A DNA stretch of 64,000 nucleotides from Desulfosoma sp. (GCA_037481835.1 JBBFKW010000015.1:32001-96000), one strand, 5' to 3'; positions 41,962 to 51,291 are shown, counted from the stretch's first letter. The notes: generated from the sequence alone by a model not told the origin. Numbers and translations are program-made.

Positions 41962-42219
41962 GTGCCTTCCACCATTGCCATCGAGATACCCCGTGAAGTC
42001 TTTCATGCCGCACGGATGACGCCGGAAGAGATGAAGCGGGAATTGGCCGTCCACTTGTTTCAGCGGGGGAGGCTATCGTTCGGCAAGGCCCGAGAAATGG
42101 CCGGCATGACCGTTTGGGAGTTCCAGCAATTGCTGGGAAGCAGGGCTATCCTCGTTCACTATGATCTGGAAGATTACGAGGAAGACCTGAACACGCTCAA
42201 GGAAATCGGGCGACTATGA
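41962..42219 (+). CDS. UPF0175 family protein (putative antitoxin)
   Basis: ELAVHLFQRGRLSFGKAREMAG...YDLEDYEEDL. Confidence 0.85.
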   Translation: MPSTIAIEIPREVFHAARMTPEEMKRELAVHLFQRGRLSFGKAREMAGMTVWEFQQLLGSRAILVHYDLEDYEEDLNTLKEIGRL

Positions 42220-42338
42220 GCGTCGTCAGTAACGCTTCCGCTGTTAGTCCGTTCCTGAATGCGTTACGGGATATGGCCGGGTTCCGCGTAAGCGATGCGC
42301 TTTACATTCGTGTGTTGCAGGACGAGGGGGAGGCCTGA
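42216..42338 (+). pseudogene. internally deleted DUF3368-type PIN protein
   Basis: MSVVSNAS joined to PFLNALRDMAGFRVSDALYIRVLQDEGEA, resembling the family N- and C-termini only; ATGA overlap with UPF0175. Confidence 0.7.
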
Positions 42339-42375
42339 TACCGTTGATCCTACACGGGACAAGGGTCCTTCCCGA

Positions 42376-42546
42376 TCAGGAGCTTGTCTGAAAAAGGTTC
42401 ATTTGCCCCTTCCAACCTCCGTCCGTCATCCCCGCAAAGCTTGTCCCCGGCTTGAACGGGGAGCTGAAACCCAGAATTTCCGGAAAGTTATGGACTCCAG
42501 CTTGCGCGGGAGTGACGGCTGGGGGAGTTCTCGGACAACCTCCTAG
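42376..42546. repeat. MITE-like unit enclosing CGTC-type palindromes
   Basis: Ends ggagcttgtctgaaaa / ttctcggacaacctcCTAG; internal cgtcatccccgc...gcttgcgcgggagtgacg. Confidence 0.7.
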
Positions 42547-42686
42547 CATTGGGGCTTCGTCGGCGGGGCCCGAGGCAATGCGCTTTTCCAAAGCAGTTGC
42601 CGAAGCCCATGCCGCTGGGATAAGAAAGCCGTGTAGGGCCGGAGCCCCGCAAATCGGGAGCTTTTTGGGGAATTGCAGAGGTTGCC

Positions 42687-43655
42687 GTGTCTTTCAGCGT
42701 CCAGCTTTATCAAGCCATCGACGAACTCGATCCGAAGATCAGGAAGGTGCTCATCGACCTTTTGAACGAAGTCCAGGTTCACATGAGCCGCGTGGCCACA
42801 CGCGAGGACTTTCGGGAACTGAAAAAGGTCGTGGAGAGCCTTGCCGTCACCACGAAAGAGCTGGCCGAGGCGCAGCAGCGGACGGAAACCCGGGTCGAGG
42901 AGCTGGCGGAAGCGCAGAAGCGCACCGAGCAGCGCGTCGAGGAGTTGGCCGAAGCGCAGAAGCGCACCGAAAAGCGCCTTGATGAGCTGGCGGAGGCCCA
43001 AAAACGCACCGAGCAACGCGTTCAGGAGCTGGCGGAGGCCCAAAAACGCACCGAGCAACGCGTTCAGGAGCTGGCGGAAGCTCAAAAACGCACTGAGCAG
43101 CGCGTCGAGGAGTTGGCGGAAGCCCAGAAGCGTACCGAAAAGCGCCTTGATGAGCTGGCGGAAGCTCAAAAACGCACCGAAGCCCGGCTGGAGAGGCTGG
43201 CCGAAGCGCAGGCAAAGACAGAAACGGAGCTCAGGAAACTCGTCCAAGAGCATCGCAAGACCCGGGAACAATTGGGCGGCTTGGCCCACACCGTGGGGTA
43301 CCGCCTGGAAGACGAGGCCTTCAAGGCGCTTCCGGCGCTTTTGAAGCGAGATTTGGGCGTCGAAGTCCTGGGAAGGCTGAAACGCGACTTCCTTGAAATC
43401 GGCAAGGATCGGTACCTGGAAGTGAACATTTACGGTACCGGCATGCACGACGGAGCGGAATGCCTCATCATCGGGGAAGCCAAAACGCAGCTCAAAAAGA
43501 AGGACGTGGACACTTTTCTCCAGAAAGCCGGCCAGGTGGCGAGCCTTGTGCCCAAGGAACAGGTCAGGCTTCTCGTGACCTACCAGGCGTCTCCGCCCGT
43601 GCAGAAGTATGTGCGGGATCAGGGGATCTTTCTTTACTTCTCGTACGATTTTTAA
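42687..43655 (+). CDS. coiled-coil repeat protein with C-terminal PD-(D/E)xK-like domain
   Basis: 14-aa repeat [15 protein letters not shown]-terminal GYRLED...EVNIYG...IGEAK. Confidence 0.8.
   Translation: MSFSVQLYQAIDELDPKIRKVLIDLLNEVQVHMSRVATREDFRELKKVVESLAVTTKELAEAQQRTETRVEELAEAQKRTEQRVEELAEAQKRTEKRLDELAEAQKRTEQRVQELAEAQKRTEQRVQELAEAQKRTEQRVEELAEAQKRTEKRLDELAEAQKRTEARLERLAEAQAKTETELRKLVQEHRKTREQLGGLAHTVGYRLEDEAFKALPALLKRDLGVEVLGRLKRDFLEIGKDRYLEVNIYGTGMHDGAECLIIGEAKTQLKKKDVDTFLQKAGQVASLVPKEQVRLLVTYQASPPVQKYVRDQGIFLYFSYDF
42858..43235 (+). repeat. in-frame 42-bp tandem repeat, 8 full copies plus 1 degenerate
   Basis: gagctggcggaagcgcagaagcgcaccgagcagcgcgtcgag-like units. Confidence 0.9.
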
Positions 43656-43669
43656 TTCCAAGGGATCGC

Positions 43670-44104
43670 GTGCTGCGTTTTCATCTGGAACGGGCCTCGC
43701 GGCGTTTCCGTGTCGGTCTGCGGGCGAATTGCGCCCCCGACGCGGTGTGGGCGGTCCTGAGCGACACGCGCCTGTGGCCCCGGTGGGGCCCCAGCATCAC
43801 CAAGGTCGAGGTGGACGGGACGGATTCCGTGGTTCACGAGGGCATGCGCGGTCGCGTGCGCACCGTCTTCGGCCGGATGTTTCCTTTCGTACTGGAGGAC
43901 GTGGATCCGCCCAGGTCTTGGGGCTGGCGGGTGGCCGGCGTGAAAGCCACCGGGCACGAGGTCATTGCCGAAGGCGACGGCGGGGCCTGGATCGTCTTCA
44001 GTATGCCCTGGTGGGCCTTTTTCTATGCCCCCGTGTGCTTGTGGGCGGCCCGGCGGATCAGCGCTTTGGCTCGAACAATGTCGCCTCCCGGAGGAATCCC
44101 CTGA
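43670..44104 (+). CDS. SRPBCC/polyketide cyclase-like protein
   Basis: VWAVLSDTRLWPRWGPS, WGWRVAGVKATGH. Confidence 0.75.
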   Translation: MLRFHLERASRRFRVGLRANCAPDAVWAVLSDTRLWPRWGPSITKVEVDGTDSVVHEGMRGRVRTVFGRMFPFVLEDVDPPRSWGWRVAGVKATGHEVIAEGDGGAWIVFSMPWWAFFYAPVCLWAARRISALARTMSPPGGIP

Positions 44105-44278
44105 TGGGCTCGGGGATCGTCCTTCGGCGAGCCCTCTGCCCCCTGAGGGCGGGGCAGGGGCGGTATTCCAAGAGCCTGTCCGACAATGGCTGATTTGCCA
44201 TGTTTGCGTGAAAGGCGAGCTCAGAGTCTCGGAAGGCCGGATTTTCATGGTTCGTTGTCCGGCCGGGGCAAGACGGAT

Positions 44279-44432
44279 GTTGGGGTTCGCTGCGCTCACC
44301 CTAGCCTACGGGATGTTTATAGATGTCGGCCGGCGAAATGACTGTTGGGGTTCGCTTCGCTCACCCCAACCTACAAGTTTATGGATGTCGGTCGGGGAAA
44401 TGTAGGTTGGGGTGAGCGAAGCGAACCCCAAC
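44279..44432. repeat. cluster of three GTAG-type REPs
   Basis: 44279-44309 (-), 44344-44374 (-), 44402-44432 (+), with mutually similar spacers. Confidence 0.85.
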
Positions 44433-44491
44433 AAGAATCACGGGCACGGTCACACATCGCGGTGCCACAACGAAGGATACCCACACCCCGC

Positions 44492-44637
44492 GGGCCGGTT
44501 CGACAATGGACCATGTGCCGCCTCTTCCGCATCCACTCGTCATGCCCGCGGAAGCGGGTATCCAGAATTTACAGGGCGTTGTCGACTCCCGCTTGCGCGG
44601 GAGTGACGATTTGAAGAGGTTTTAGACAGCCTTCTAG
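44492..44637. repeat. MITE-like unit enclosing CGTC-type palindromes
   Basis: gggccggttcgacaatgg ... cgtcatgcccgcggaagcggg...gactcccgcttgcgcgggagtgacg ... gacagccttCTAG. Confidence 0.6.
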
Positions 44638-44740
44638 GAGCTTGTCCGAGAATGCCGATTTTGGTGCTTTATGGCATCCTAACTATCTGAATTTACGTTG
44701 CTCAGATCGGCAAGAATCGAGTTCTCAGACAGCCTTCTAG
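44634..44740. mobile_element. 107-bp MITE-like element, copy 2
   Basis: CTAG-bounded, with TIRs; inverted near-copy of 30796-30902. Confidence 0.8.
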
Positions 44741-45117
44741 GCTGCCCCGATCAAGGGCAGTTCCTTTTCGATGGCGAAAAAGACAGCGAATTCCTTCGCT
44801 CCCGCGTCCTCCGATCTCGTGGGGTAGCTTTTGCGGCGCAGGGATTCGAGGAGTTCCGGATCTTCCGATTCCTTGATTTTCTTGAGAAAGAAACGCTTTC
44901 CCTTGTATCCTCCACCGTCTTCCCTAAAAAGATAGGCGGCTTTTGGGTTCGACTGCAGATTGTGATGGGTCAGGCGATCTTTCATGATGAACGCCAAGGT
45001 TCCATCCTCCATGACGTGCGGTCTGGCGTAGACCGCCGCATCCACACGGCCTTCCGCATCGGCGGTGGCAAGGACACCGAATCCTTTGGTCTGTTCGAAG
45101 TAGCTCTTGAGATCCAT
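44737..45117 (-). CDS. pyridoxamine 5'-phosphate oxidase-like FMN-binding protein
   Basis: GVLATADAEGRVDAAVYARPH, THHNLQSNPKA. Confidence 0.85.
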   Translation of the reverse strand: MDLKSYFEQTKGFGVLATADAEGRVDAAVYARPHVMEDGTLAFIMKDRLTHHNLQSNPKAAYLFREDGGGYKGKRFFLKKIKESEDPELLESLRRKSYPTRSEDAGAKEFAVFFAIEKELPLIGAA

Positions 45118-45239
45118 GGCGCGCTCCTTGTGGGCCTTCACCGTTTTGTGAGCGAAACTTTTTCGAGTTCCTGATTCCCTTTGTTATACGAATATAAGGA
45201 TCAAGGTCCCTTGTGCGCCACCGTCATGGCCTTGGGGAT

Positions 45240-45497
45240 TCATTCCACCGCGATGGGTGTGGCTTTTTTTTCGCCGCTCTTTTCGCCCTTTTTCCTTTCC
45301 AAATGGTCGATCCGCTCGTCGATGAGACTCCTCACAGCCCGAAGGACCTCAATGCGGGCGTTGGTTAGGTGCTCCCAGAAGGGCTTTGCCGAGCCCTTCC
45401 CGCTGCCCAGGGCGTGCATCATCTGGCACATGGGGCAGCGACACCGCGTCTGTTCCGATCGTTCCGTCTCGACGTCATGCTTCTCATGCCGGCTCAT
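45240..45497 (-). CDS. small hypothetical protein (CxCxxC plus amphipathic helix)
   Basis: GGAGG RBS inside the ArsA gene 3' end; 14-bp overlap. Confidence 0.7.
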   Translation of the reverse strand: MSRHEKHDVETERSEQTRCRCPMCQMMHALGSGKGSAKPFWEHLTNARIEVLRAVRSLIDERIDHLERKKGEKSGEKKATPIAVE

Positions 45498-46680
45498 GAC
45501 CACCTCCAAAGGTTATGGTCAAAGTCTCTTTTTCCAGTCGGGCCTTTTCGGGGTGCAGCCGCGCGAAGGCGCGAGGCAACACCAGGTTCTTCTTGAACAC
45601 CCCCATGCGGATGACGAGTTCGTCCCCCACCTTGGTCAGGGCGATTTCTTCCCGGCTGACGAAGGGGAAATGGATGCGAACCATGGGGTTCCCGTTTTCG
45701 GAAACAAAACTGACAGGCTGGTGATGGTAGAGGATGTCATGGGGCGGGGTGTCGCCGTAGAGGGCCTGAGCCAGGGCTTTGAGGCGGCCGTAGCCCAGCG
45801 TTTCGTGCTCGAAATAGGGCGCGGTCAGGACGGGGATGGGATCGAAGGACGAGGTCACCAGGTTGAGATATGACCGTTGCTGCTCGAGGAGAGCCTTGAG
45901 GAAGGGATCTTGTGAATCTTCGGCGAATACGCGGTTGACGATGATGGCGTCGATCCCCAGTTGGTGCAGGGAAAAGAACATGAAACTGCGCTGCGTCTCG
46001 CGGATGACCATTTTTTCCAGGTTGGTCACAAGGCGCACCGACGTCCTGTGCGTGTCGGTCAAAAGGGCGTCCACACCGCGCAGCCTTTGAAACAGCCTTT
46101 CTATGGAGGCGAAATAGGCGTCTTCGGGCAGCGGCACGTCGGAAAGTCGCCGGACCACCGGGCGGGCCATGCGGAAGAGGTTTCGCTCCATGCGGAAGAT
46201 CTTTTCCATGTACCATTCGAGGGCCTTGGGGACACTCACGAATCGAATGGATTCCGCGGTCGGCGCGCAGTCCAGAATAAGGACGTCATAAGCCTCGTCC
46301 TTGGCGTAACGGTTCACGTAAAGGAGGGCGCTCACCTCTTCCATTCCCGGGAGGACCGCCAGTTCTTCGGCGAGCACACTGTCCAGCCCCGAAACGTTCA
46401 GCAGGAGACTCAGATACTGGTGCACTTCCCCCCAGTGTTTTTGGATTTCCTCGTGAACGTCCAGTTCCTGAATCCACAAGTTTTCAGCCACGGCGACCGG
46501 CCGGCCTCGGTTCACGTCCATGAGGCGCCGGTCCAAGTCGAAGGCATCACTGAGACTGTGGGCCGGATCCAGGGACATCACGAGGGTCTTGAGGCCTCGT
46601 TCGGCAAGGAGCACGCCCGTTCCGGCGGCCACACTGGTTTTGCCCACACCGCCTTTTCCGGCAAAAAGCATGATGCGCAT
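45484..46680 (-). CDS. ArsA/Get3-family ATPase with C-terminal alpha-crystallin-like domain
   Basis: GKGGVGKT, SLDPAHSLSD, DCAPTAE, C-terminal FPFVSREEIALTKVGDELVIRMG. Confidence 0.88.
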   Translation of the reverse strand: MRIMLFAGKGGVGKTSVAAGTGVLLAERGLKTLVMSLDPAHSLSDAFDLDRRLMDVNRGRPVAVAENLWIQELDVHEEIQKHWGEVHQYLSLLLNVSGLDSVLAEELAVLPGMEEVSALLYVNRYAKDEAYDVLILDCAPTAESIRFVSVPKALEWYMEKIFRMERNLFRMARPVVRRLSDVPLPEDAYFASIERLFQRLRGVDALLTDTHRTSVRLVTNLEKMVIRETQRSFMFFSLHQLGIDAIIVNRVFAEDSQDPFLKALLEQQRSYLNLVTSSFDPIPVLTAPYFEHETLGYGRLKALAQALYGDTPPHDILYHHQPVSFVSENGNPMVRIHFPFVSREEIALTKVGDELVIRMGVFKKNLVLPRAFARLHPEKARLEKETLTITFGGGHEPA

Positions 46681-47058
46681 GGTTTTCATCCGTTTTGGTC
46701 GGTTGCAGCGTCCACGGCACGGCCGAACCCGAGACAATCACCGGGGCGGCCCTCCGTGGACTCTCGAAGAGATCCCCTCCCATTAAAATCCATGGCAGAG
46801 TCGGTTTCAAGTCCGAGACCCGCTTGTGTGAACAGGAAGGCCGTTGCCCAAGGACGGTCTCGGGTGTAGAAAGCACAAACCGAGAAGTCCCGTGGGCGCC
46901 GCACAAGGTGCAAGGAAAGGCTGCGACGACGGGGCACCCGAAACGGTCTTTTCGACCGAGGTGGGCAAGGATTATGGGATGGATCCGGCGTGAGCGGGTT
47001 GCGGTAAGAAGCGCTTAGGTGCACGGCGCGTCGGATCTGGTTCGGGAGAGGAAGGAGG

Positions 47059-47346
47059 ATGAGTCCAGAAAAAATTTGGTTGGGCGTCGGGTTTTCGGCA
47101 CAGGCGCTTTTTTCCGCCCGGTTTTTTGTCCAGTGGATTGCCAGCGAGAGAGCCGGACGAAGCGTCGTTCCCGTGGCCTTTTGGATCCTCAGCGTCTTCG
47201 GTGGAGCGCTCCTTTTGGCTTACGCCCTGTGGCGGCGGGATCCGGTCTTTATCGTGGGGCAAGGAGCGGGGCTCATCATCTACGGTCGAAACCTCTATCT
47301 CATTTACCGGGAAAAACGAGCATTGCGGGAGACGAAACGTGGCTGA
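47059..47346 (+). CDS. lipid A biosynthesis N-terminal (LAB_N) domain membrane protein
   Basis: FSARFFVQWIASE...SVVPVAFW...DPVFIVGQ...YGRN. Confidence 0.88.
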   Translation: MSPEKIWLGVGFSAQALFSARFFVQWIASERAGRSVVPVAFWILSVFGGALLLAYALWRRDPVFIVGQGAGLIIYGRNLYLIYREKRALRETKRG

Positions 47347-48901
47347 GTACACGAGCCGCACCACCTTGCTGGGGCTCGCCCTTTTGTGCGCCCTCGTCGG
47401 CGCCGTGGCTTTTCAGGGCAGCCGAGGCCTCTACGAGTCCACGGAAGGCCGTTACGCGGAATGCGCTCGGGAGATGATCGTAACCGGAGATTACCTTCGG
47501 CCCACTCTGGACTTTGCCCCCCATTGGACCAAGCCTCCCCTGACCTATTGGGCCATCGCTGCAGGAGTGCAGATCCTGGGTCGAAACGCCTGGGGGGCGA
47601 GGGGCTTCCTCATCCCCACTTTTTTCCTCACGGTTCTGGGCGTTTACTGGCTGGGCCGCTGGCTTTGGGCCCCCCGCACGGGATCCGTTGCCGCACTCAT
47701 TTACGCCACTTCGTGGGGGCCGGCGGGAGCGGCTTCGACGGTGAACGCGGACTCCTTGCTGACCCTCTGGGAGACGCTGGCACTGGCCTGTTTCTGGTGG
47801 GGCGTGCGAAGCCGCAGAAATCGAGCCGCCGGGCTCATGTGGTTTTTCTTCGGCATGGCGTTTTTCACCAAAGGGCCGCCCGCGCTGCTGCCACTTCTGG
47901 CCCTGGGGGTTTTTCGCGCACTCACCCGGGACCGCTCCGTGCGCTCCGCCCCCTTTTTCGTTCCCGCGGGCATCGGCCTCTTTTTGGCAGTGGGCCTCTG
48001 GTGGTATGCCCTGTCCATGGTTCGCTACCCAGGCCTTCTTCCCTATTGGCTCAAGCACGAAGTGGTGGGGCGGGTGGCTACGGAAGAGTTCCATAGGAAT
48101 GCCCAGTGGTATAAGATGTTCACGGTCTACTGGCCATTTTTGCTGGGAGGGGCTTTGCCCTGGCTTGCCGTTACGGTTTTGGGGCATGGCCGCGCCCTTT
48201 GGGCGTTCTTTGGGGGCTTCCGGCGCTGGCGTCTTCCGGACGCTTTGTCCGACCTGAAAACGACGTTTAAGGACCTCAGTGCTGAAGGCCTGTTTCTCCT
48301 CGTGGCCTTTTTCGTGCCGCTTACGGTGTTTTCCTTGAGCCGATCCAGAATGCCACTCTACATTCTGCCTCTTTTTCCCGTCGTCGCCTGCTTTCTGGCA
48401 CGGCATGTGGACTCACTTGCCGCCCGTGGCTTCGGGTCCCGGCGGAAAATGGCCGCAGTAGCGTTGGTGAGCACTGCTATCATCATAACGGGCAAGGGGG
48501 TGGCGGCCCACTGGCCGTCGAAGAGAGATATGGGGGCGATTTTCCGGGCTTTGGAAGCCGCCGTCCCTCCAAAGGATCGATCCGGCACGCCTCTCTATCT
48601 CGTCTCCCAGAGCCCGTGCTATGGATTGCAGTTTTATTGGGGAGATCCTTTCATTCGAATCCACCGGTCACCGGACGAAGCGCCGGATGTGGGATTCCTC
48701 CCGTTTTCCGCCCTTTGGGCGGATATGGGCCTCAATCCCACCTCCGGCTCGGCAGGGCGCCTTGCGGTCACACGAAAAGAAAACGCCCCGTTCTTGGAAG
48801 ATGCGCTTCAGCGCAGAGGGCACCGCGTGGCTACGAAACCCCTGACTCCCCATTGGAGCCTTCTCGAAGTCTCGCCTCCTGACGGCGGGGTCAAGGAATA
48901 G
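47339..48901 (+). CDS. ArnT-like GT-C glycosyltransferase
   Basis: EGRYAECAREM...KPPLTYW, FFTKGP, many TM segments; GTG overlaps the LAB_N stop. Confidence 0.87.
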   Translation: MAEYTSRTTLLGLALLCALVGAVAFQGSRGLYESTEGRYAECAREMIVTGDYLRPTLDFAPHWTKPPLTYWAIAAGVQILGRNAWGARGFLIPTFFLTVLGVYWLGRWLWAPRTGSVAALIYATSWGPAGAASTVNADSLLTLWETLALACFWWGVRSRRNRAAGLMWFFFGMAFFTKGPPALLPLLALGVFRALTRDRSVRSAPFFVPAGIGLFLAVGLWWYALSMVRYPGLLPYWLKHEVVGRVATEEFHRNAQWYKMFTVYWPFLLGGALPWLAVTVLGHGRALWAFFGGFRRWRLPDALSDLKTTFKDLSAEGLFLLVAFFVPLTVFSLSRSRMPLYILPLFPVVACFLARHVDSLAARGFGSRRKMAAVALVSTAIIITGKGVAAHWPSKRDMGAIFRALEAAVPPKDRSGTPLYLVSQSPCYGLQFYWGDPFIRIHRSPDEAPDVGFLPFSALWADMGLNPTSGSAGRLAVTRKENAPFLEDALQRRGHRVATKPLTPHWSLLEVSPPDGGVKE

Positions 48902-48913
48902 AGCCCGTAAGAT

Positions 48914-49093
48914 TCAGGGGGCTTTTTTGAAATCGCCGGCGTAGCGCCCGACGGTGGCGTCGTCCACACAGGATTCCCGTTCTTCGGGCGTCAGCTCCGA
49001 AGGGTCTTTCAAGGCATCCACGGCGCAGTAAAATTCGTTTCCCGCCCGATCGGTCACCCGAACCAAAGTCTCACCTCTTGTGAATGCAGCCAT
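48914..49093 (-). CDS. 59-aa protein, paralog B
   Basis: VTDRAGNEFYCAVDALKDP...EERESCVDDA; paralogous to 49206-49382. Confidence 0.75.
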   Translation of the reverse strand: MAAFTRGETLVRVTDRAGNEFYCAVDALKDPSELTPEERESCVDDATVGRYAGDFKKAP

Positions 49094-49130
49094 CGCGCCT
49101 TCTCCATACAGAAAGTTCATAGGGTTCAAC

Positions 49131-49170
49131 AAAAAGAGCCCGTCCGGCTCTCGTGCCGGTGGGCTCTCTT
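49131..49170 (-). terminator. terminator-like hairpin between the two small genes
   Basis: agagccc..ccggc / gccgg..gggctct stem with U-tract on the - strand. Confidence 0.6.
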
Positions 49171-49205
49171 ACGCATCTCAAAAGACCTTAGGCCTCAGAT
49201 GATCG

Positions 49206-49382
49206 TTACCCCCCGGCAAAGGGCTGGACGGTCTTCGCGTCGTCAACGCAGTTTTTGAGTTCTTCCGGTTTCATGGATTTCGGGTCTTTCAAGACATCCA
49301 CCGGGCAGACGAATTCATTCCCCGCCTTGTCCTTGACCCATACGAATTGCTGCCTCTTGCTCGGTTGTGTCACATCGGCCAT
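49206..49382 (-). CDS. 58-aa protein, paralog A (not in ORF track)
   Basis: MADVTQPSKRQQFVWVKDKAGNEFVCPVDVLKDPKSMKPEELKNCVDDAKTVQPFAGG; AAAGGAG RBS. Confidence 0.8.
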   Translation of the reverse strand: MADVTQPSKRQQFVWVKDKAGNEFVCPVDVLKDPKSMKPEELKNCVDDAKTVQPFAGG

Positions 49383-49577
49383 GGTAGAACTCCTTTCATG
49401 TGCGATCCTTGGACTGAAACCCTTTTGCCTTGTCTTGAGATCAATCTCATCACGATCCGCGAGATCTCAAGGGCAACGTTTTGGGGGGAAATTGGTAGGG
49501 CATCCCACCGAAAAGGGCGCCGTGCCCTGCCCCGCCGCGCTCGGACTCGAAGGCCGGAGACTTTTTTGAGGATAAGC

Positions 49578-50504
49578 TCAGCTCAAAGCTAAAAGCTTTT
49601 CCCGCAGGTTTTGGGATTTTCCGTGGATCTGGAGCTTCCTGCGGATGTTTCGGCGATGGAAGCCCACCGTTTCCGTCGAGATATTGAGAAGCGAGGCGAT
49701 CTCCTTGGAAGAACGTCCTTCACGCACGAGCATGGCCACTTGAAGTTCCATGGGGGTGAGGCCCAGTTGGCGGCCTGCCAGGGCGCGGATGGAAGAGGCG
49801 GAGAGTTCCCTGAGCGTGACTTCCAAGACTTCCAGTTCCTTCTTAAGGCCTTCGTCGAGCCGAGCCATCTTGAGGCGTTCCAATGCCGGGACGAGGAGTT
49901 GCCGGATGGCGGAAACCATGGCCGCCTGGAGCTCCGTTTTTTCCGATTCTCGAAGGTCCAGGATGGTTTTGAGAGTGATGTTGGATTCTTCCAACCGCTT
50001 GGCATAGGCCGAGAGTTCTTCTTCACGAAGGGCGAGTTTGTCCTGAATTTCTTTGAGGGGGGTGATATCTTCGTGGACAATGATGATGCGAAGAGGTCCA
50101 GCGCCCGCAAAACGCGTCACCCGCATGAAAAACCAACATTTTTCCGACGGGGAGTGGCACGGATAATCCATGCGGAATTCGCTCAAGGCGCCGTCCATCA
50201 CGGCACGAATACCCGCAGCGGCTTCCTCGGCCCCTTCGGAACCCTCGCCCCGGGCTTCGTCGCACACACGCAAATAATTTACACCGATGGTGTCCGGAGG
50301 CAGCCGCAGCTGGTTGGCTTCGGCGTATCTTTGCCACGGCTTGTTGGTCTTGATGATGACGCCCGATTCGTCCAGCACGGCGATGTGGGCGTCCAGGGAG
50401 TCCAGGACGTTTTCGAGAAAAGTCCGGTCGTTTTGGAGTTCTCGCACCTGCTGTTCCAAAAGCGACACGCGAGTCGAACCTGCGCGGGCATCCATGGCCG
50501 CCAT
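49578..50504 (-). CDS. PAS-domain LuxR family transcriptional regulator
   Basis: PAS domain (IAVLDESG...YPCHSP...WF...HEDIT) plus LTPMELQVA...SKEIASLL...HRRNIRRKL. Confidence 0.9.
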   Translation of the reverse strand: MAAMDARAGSTRVSLLEQQVRELQNDRTFLENVLDSLDAHIAVLDESGVIIKTNKPWQRYAEANQLRLPPDTIGVNYLRVCDEARGEGSEGAEEAAAGIRAVMDGALSEFRMDYPCHSPSEKCWFFMRVTRFAGAGPLRIIIVHEDITPLKEIQDKLALREEELSAYAKRLEESNITLKTILDLRESEKTELQAAMVSAIRQLLVPALERLKMARLDEGLKKELEVLEVTLRELSASSIRALAGRQLGLTPMELQVAMLVREGRSSKEIASLLNISTETVGFHRRNIRRKLQIHGKSQNLREKLLALS

Positions 50505-50658
50505 CCCCCCTTTCGCGGGTTATCGCACACGGAGAGAAAACCGCGGCGATGAATGCGTGATATTTTACACATTAAAGGGGGAACGGGCAATGTGCGGAAG
50601 AAACCCGAAGGGCGGAAGGGCCGGAGCGCGCCGAAGCGCGCCCCGTAGGGTGGTCTAG

Positions 50659-51162
50659 CTATTGAGCCGATCGCATGGGCCGAAGCAATCCCGGGCCGAA
50701 AGGAGCGCCGCCGCGTTCTTCCATCCAGGCTTTCACTTTGGCTTTTTGCTCTTCCGTCAGAAGAGGCATGACTTCCCGGCGCACCTTGGCCCTCAAGACC
50801 GCAAGATCCTCCTGGGCAGCGGCCGCCGCCTTGTGGGCTTCCCGAACGGCGGCTTCCGTTGCATTGTCCTGGGCAATGGTTTCGTTGAGCTTTCGGTGAG
50901 CGTCCGCGAGTTTCTTGAACGTTTCCTGAAATTCGCTGCGATGGGTTTTAAGGACCTCCAAAATTTTTTCCTGCTGCTCGGGACTGAGTTTCAGTTCCAC
51001 GACGCGTTCGAGAAACTGGAAGAACATTCCGCTGGCTTCCCCGCCGAAGGGGCCCGGTCCGTTGCCCGGAAAACCGAAGGCGCTGCATTCGGTCCTGGAG
51101 AGGCCGGTTACAAGGGCCAGAGCGAAAAACATTCCAACAAGCTTCTTGGTGCGGCGTTTCAT
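50659..51162 (-). CDS. Spy/CpxP family periplasmic protein
   Basis: Signal peptide, LSPEQ and LTEEQ (LTxxQ) motifs; divergent from cpxRA-like pair. Confidence 0.85.
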   Translation of the reverse strand: MKRRTKKLVGMFFALALVTGLSRTECSAFGFPGNGPGPFGGEASGMFFQFLERVVELKLSPEQQEKILEVLKTHRSEFQETFKKLADAHRKLNETIAQDNATEAAVREAHKAAAAAQEDLAVLRAKVRREVMPLLTEEQKAKVKAWMEERGGAPFGPGLLRPMRSAQ

Positions 51163-51291
51163 GGCAACCTCCTTTGATAGGTATGGATGGATTCTCGCGT
51201 GTCGCTTACGGGGCTCCCGGGAAAGCCGAACCCCGCCCGAACACGCATGGGAGGCATACCCCGGTTTTCTGTCAAGGTGTGCGAAGAGTCG

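Noticed and set aside
42858..43235. Possible CRISPR array
   Set aside because: Contiguous in-frame 42-bp coding repeats with no unique spacers; no cas genes
44279..44432. Possible mini-CRISPR (31-bp repeats with ~30-bp gaps)
   Set aside because: Mixed orientation, gaps similar to each other, and dispersed copies elsewhere; fits REPs
45484..46680. Arsenic resistance ATPase
   Set aside because: Single ATPase domain with alpha-crystallin-like tail and no ars operon genes
46690..47058. Remnant of the GT2 gene that often precedes LAB_N/ArnT genes
   Set aside because: No recognisable glycosyltransferase residues in the frames I examined
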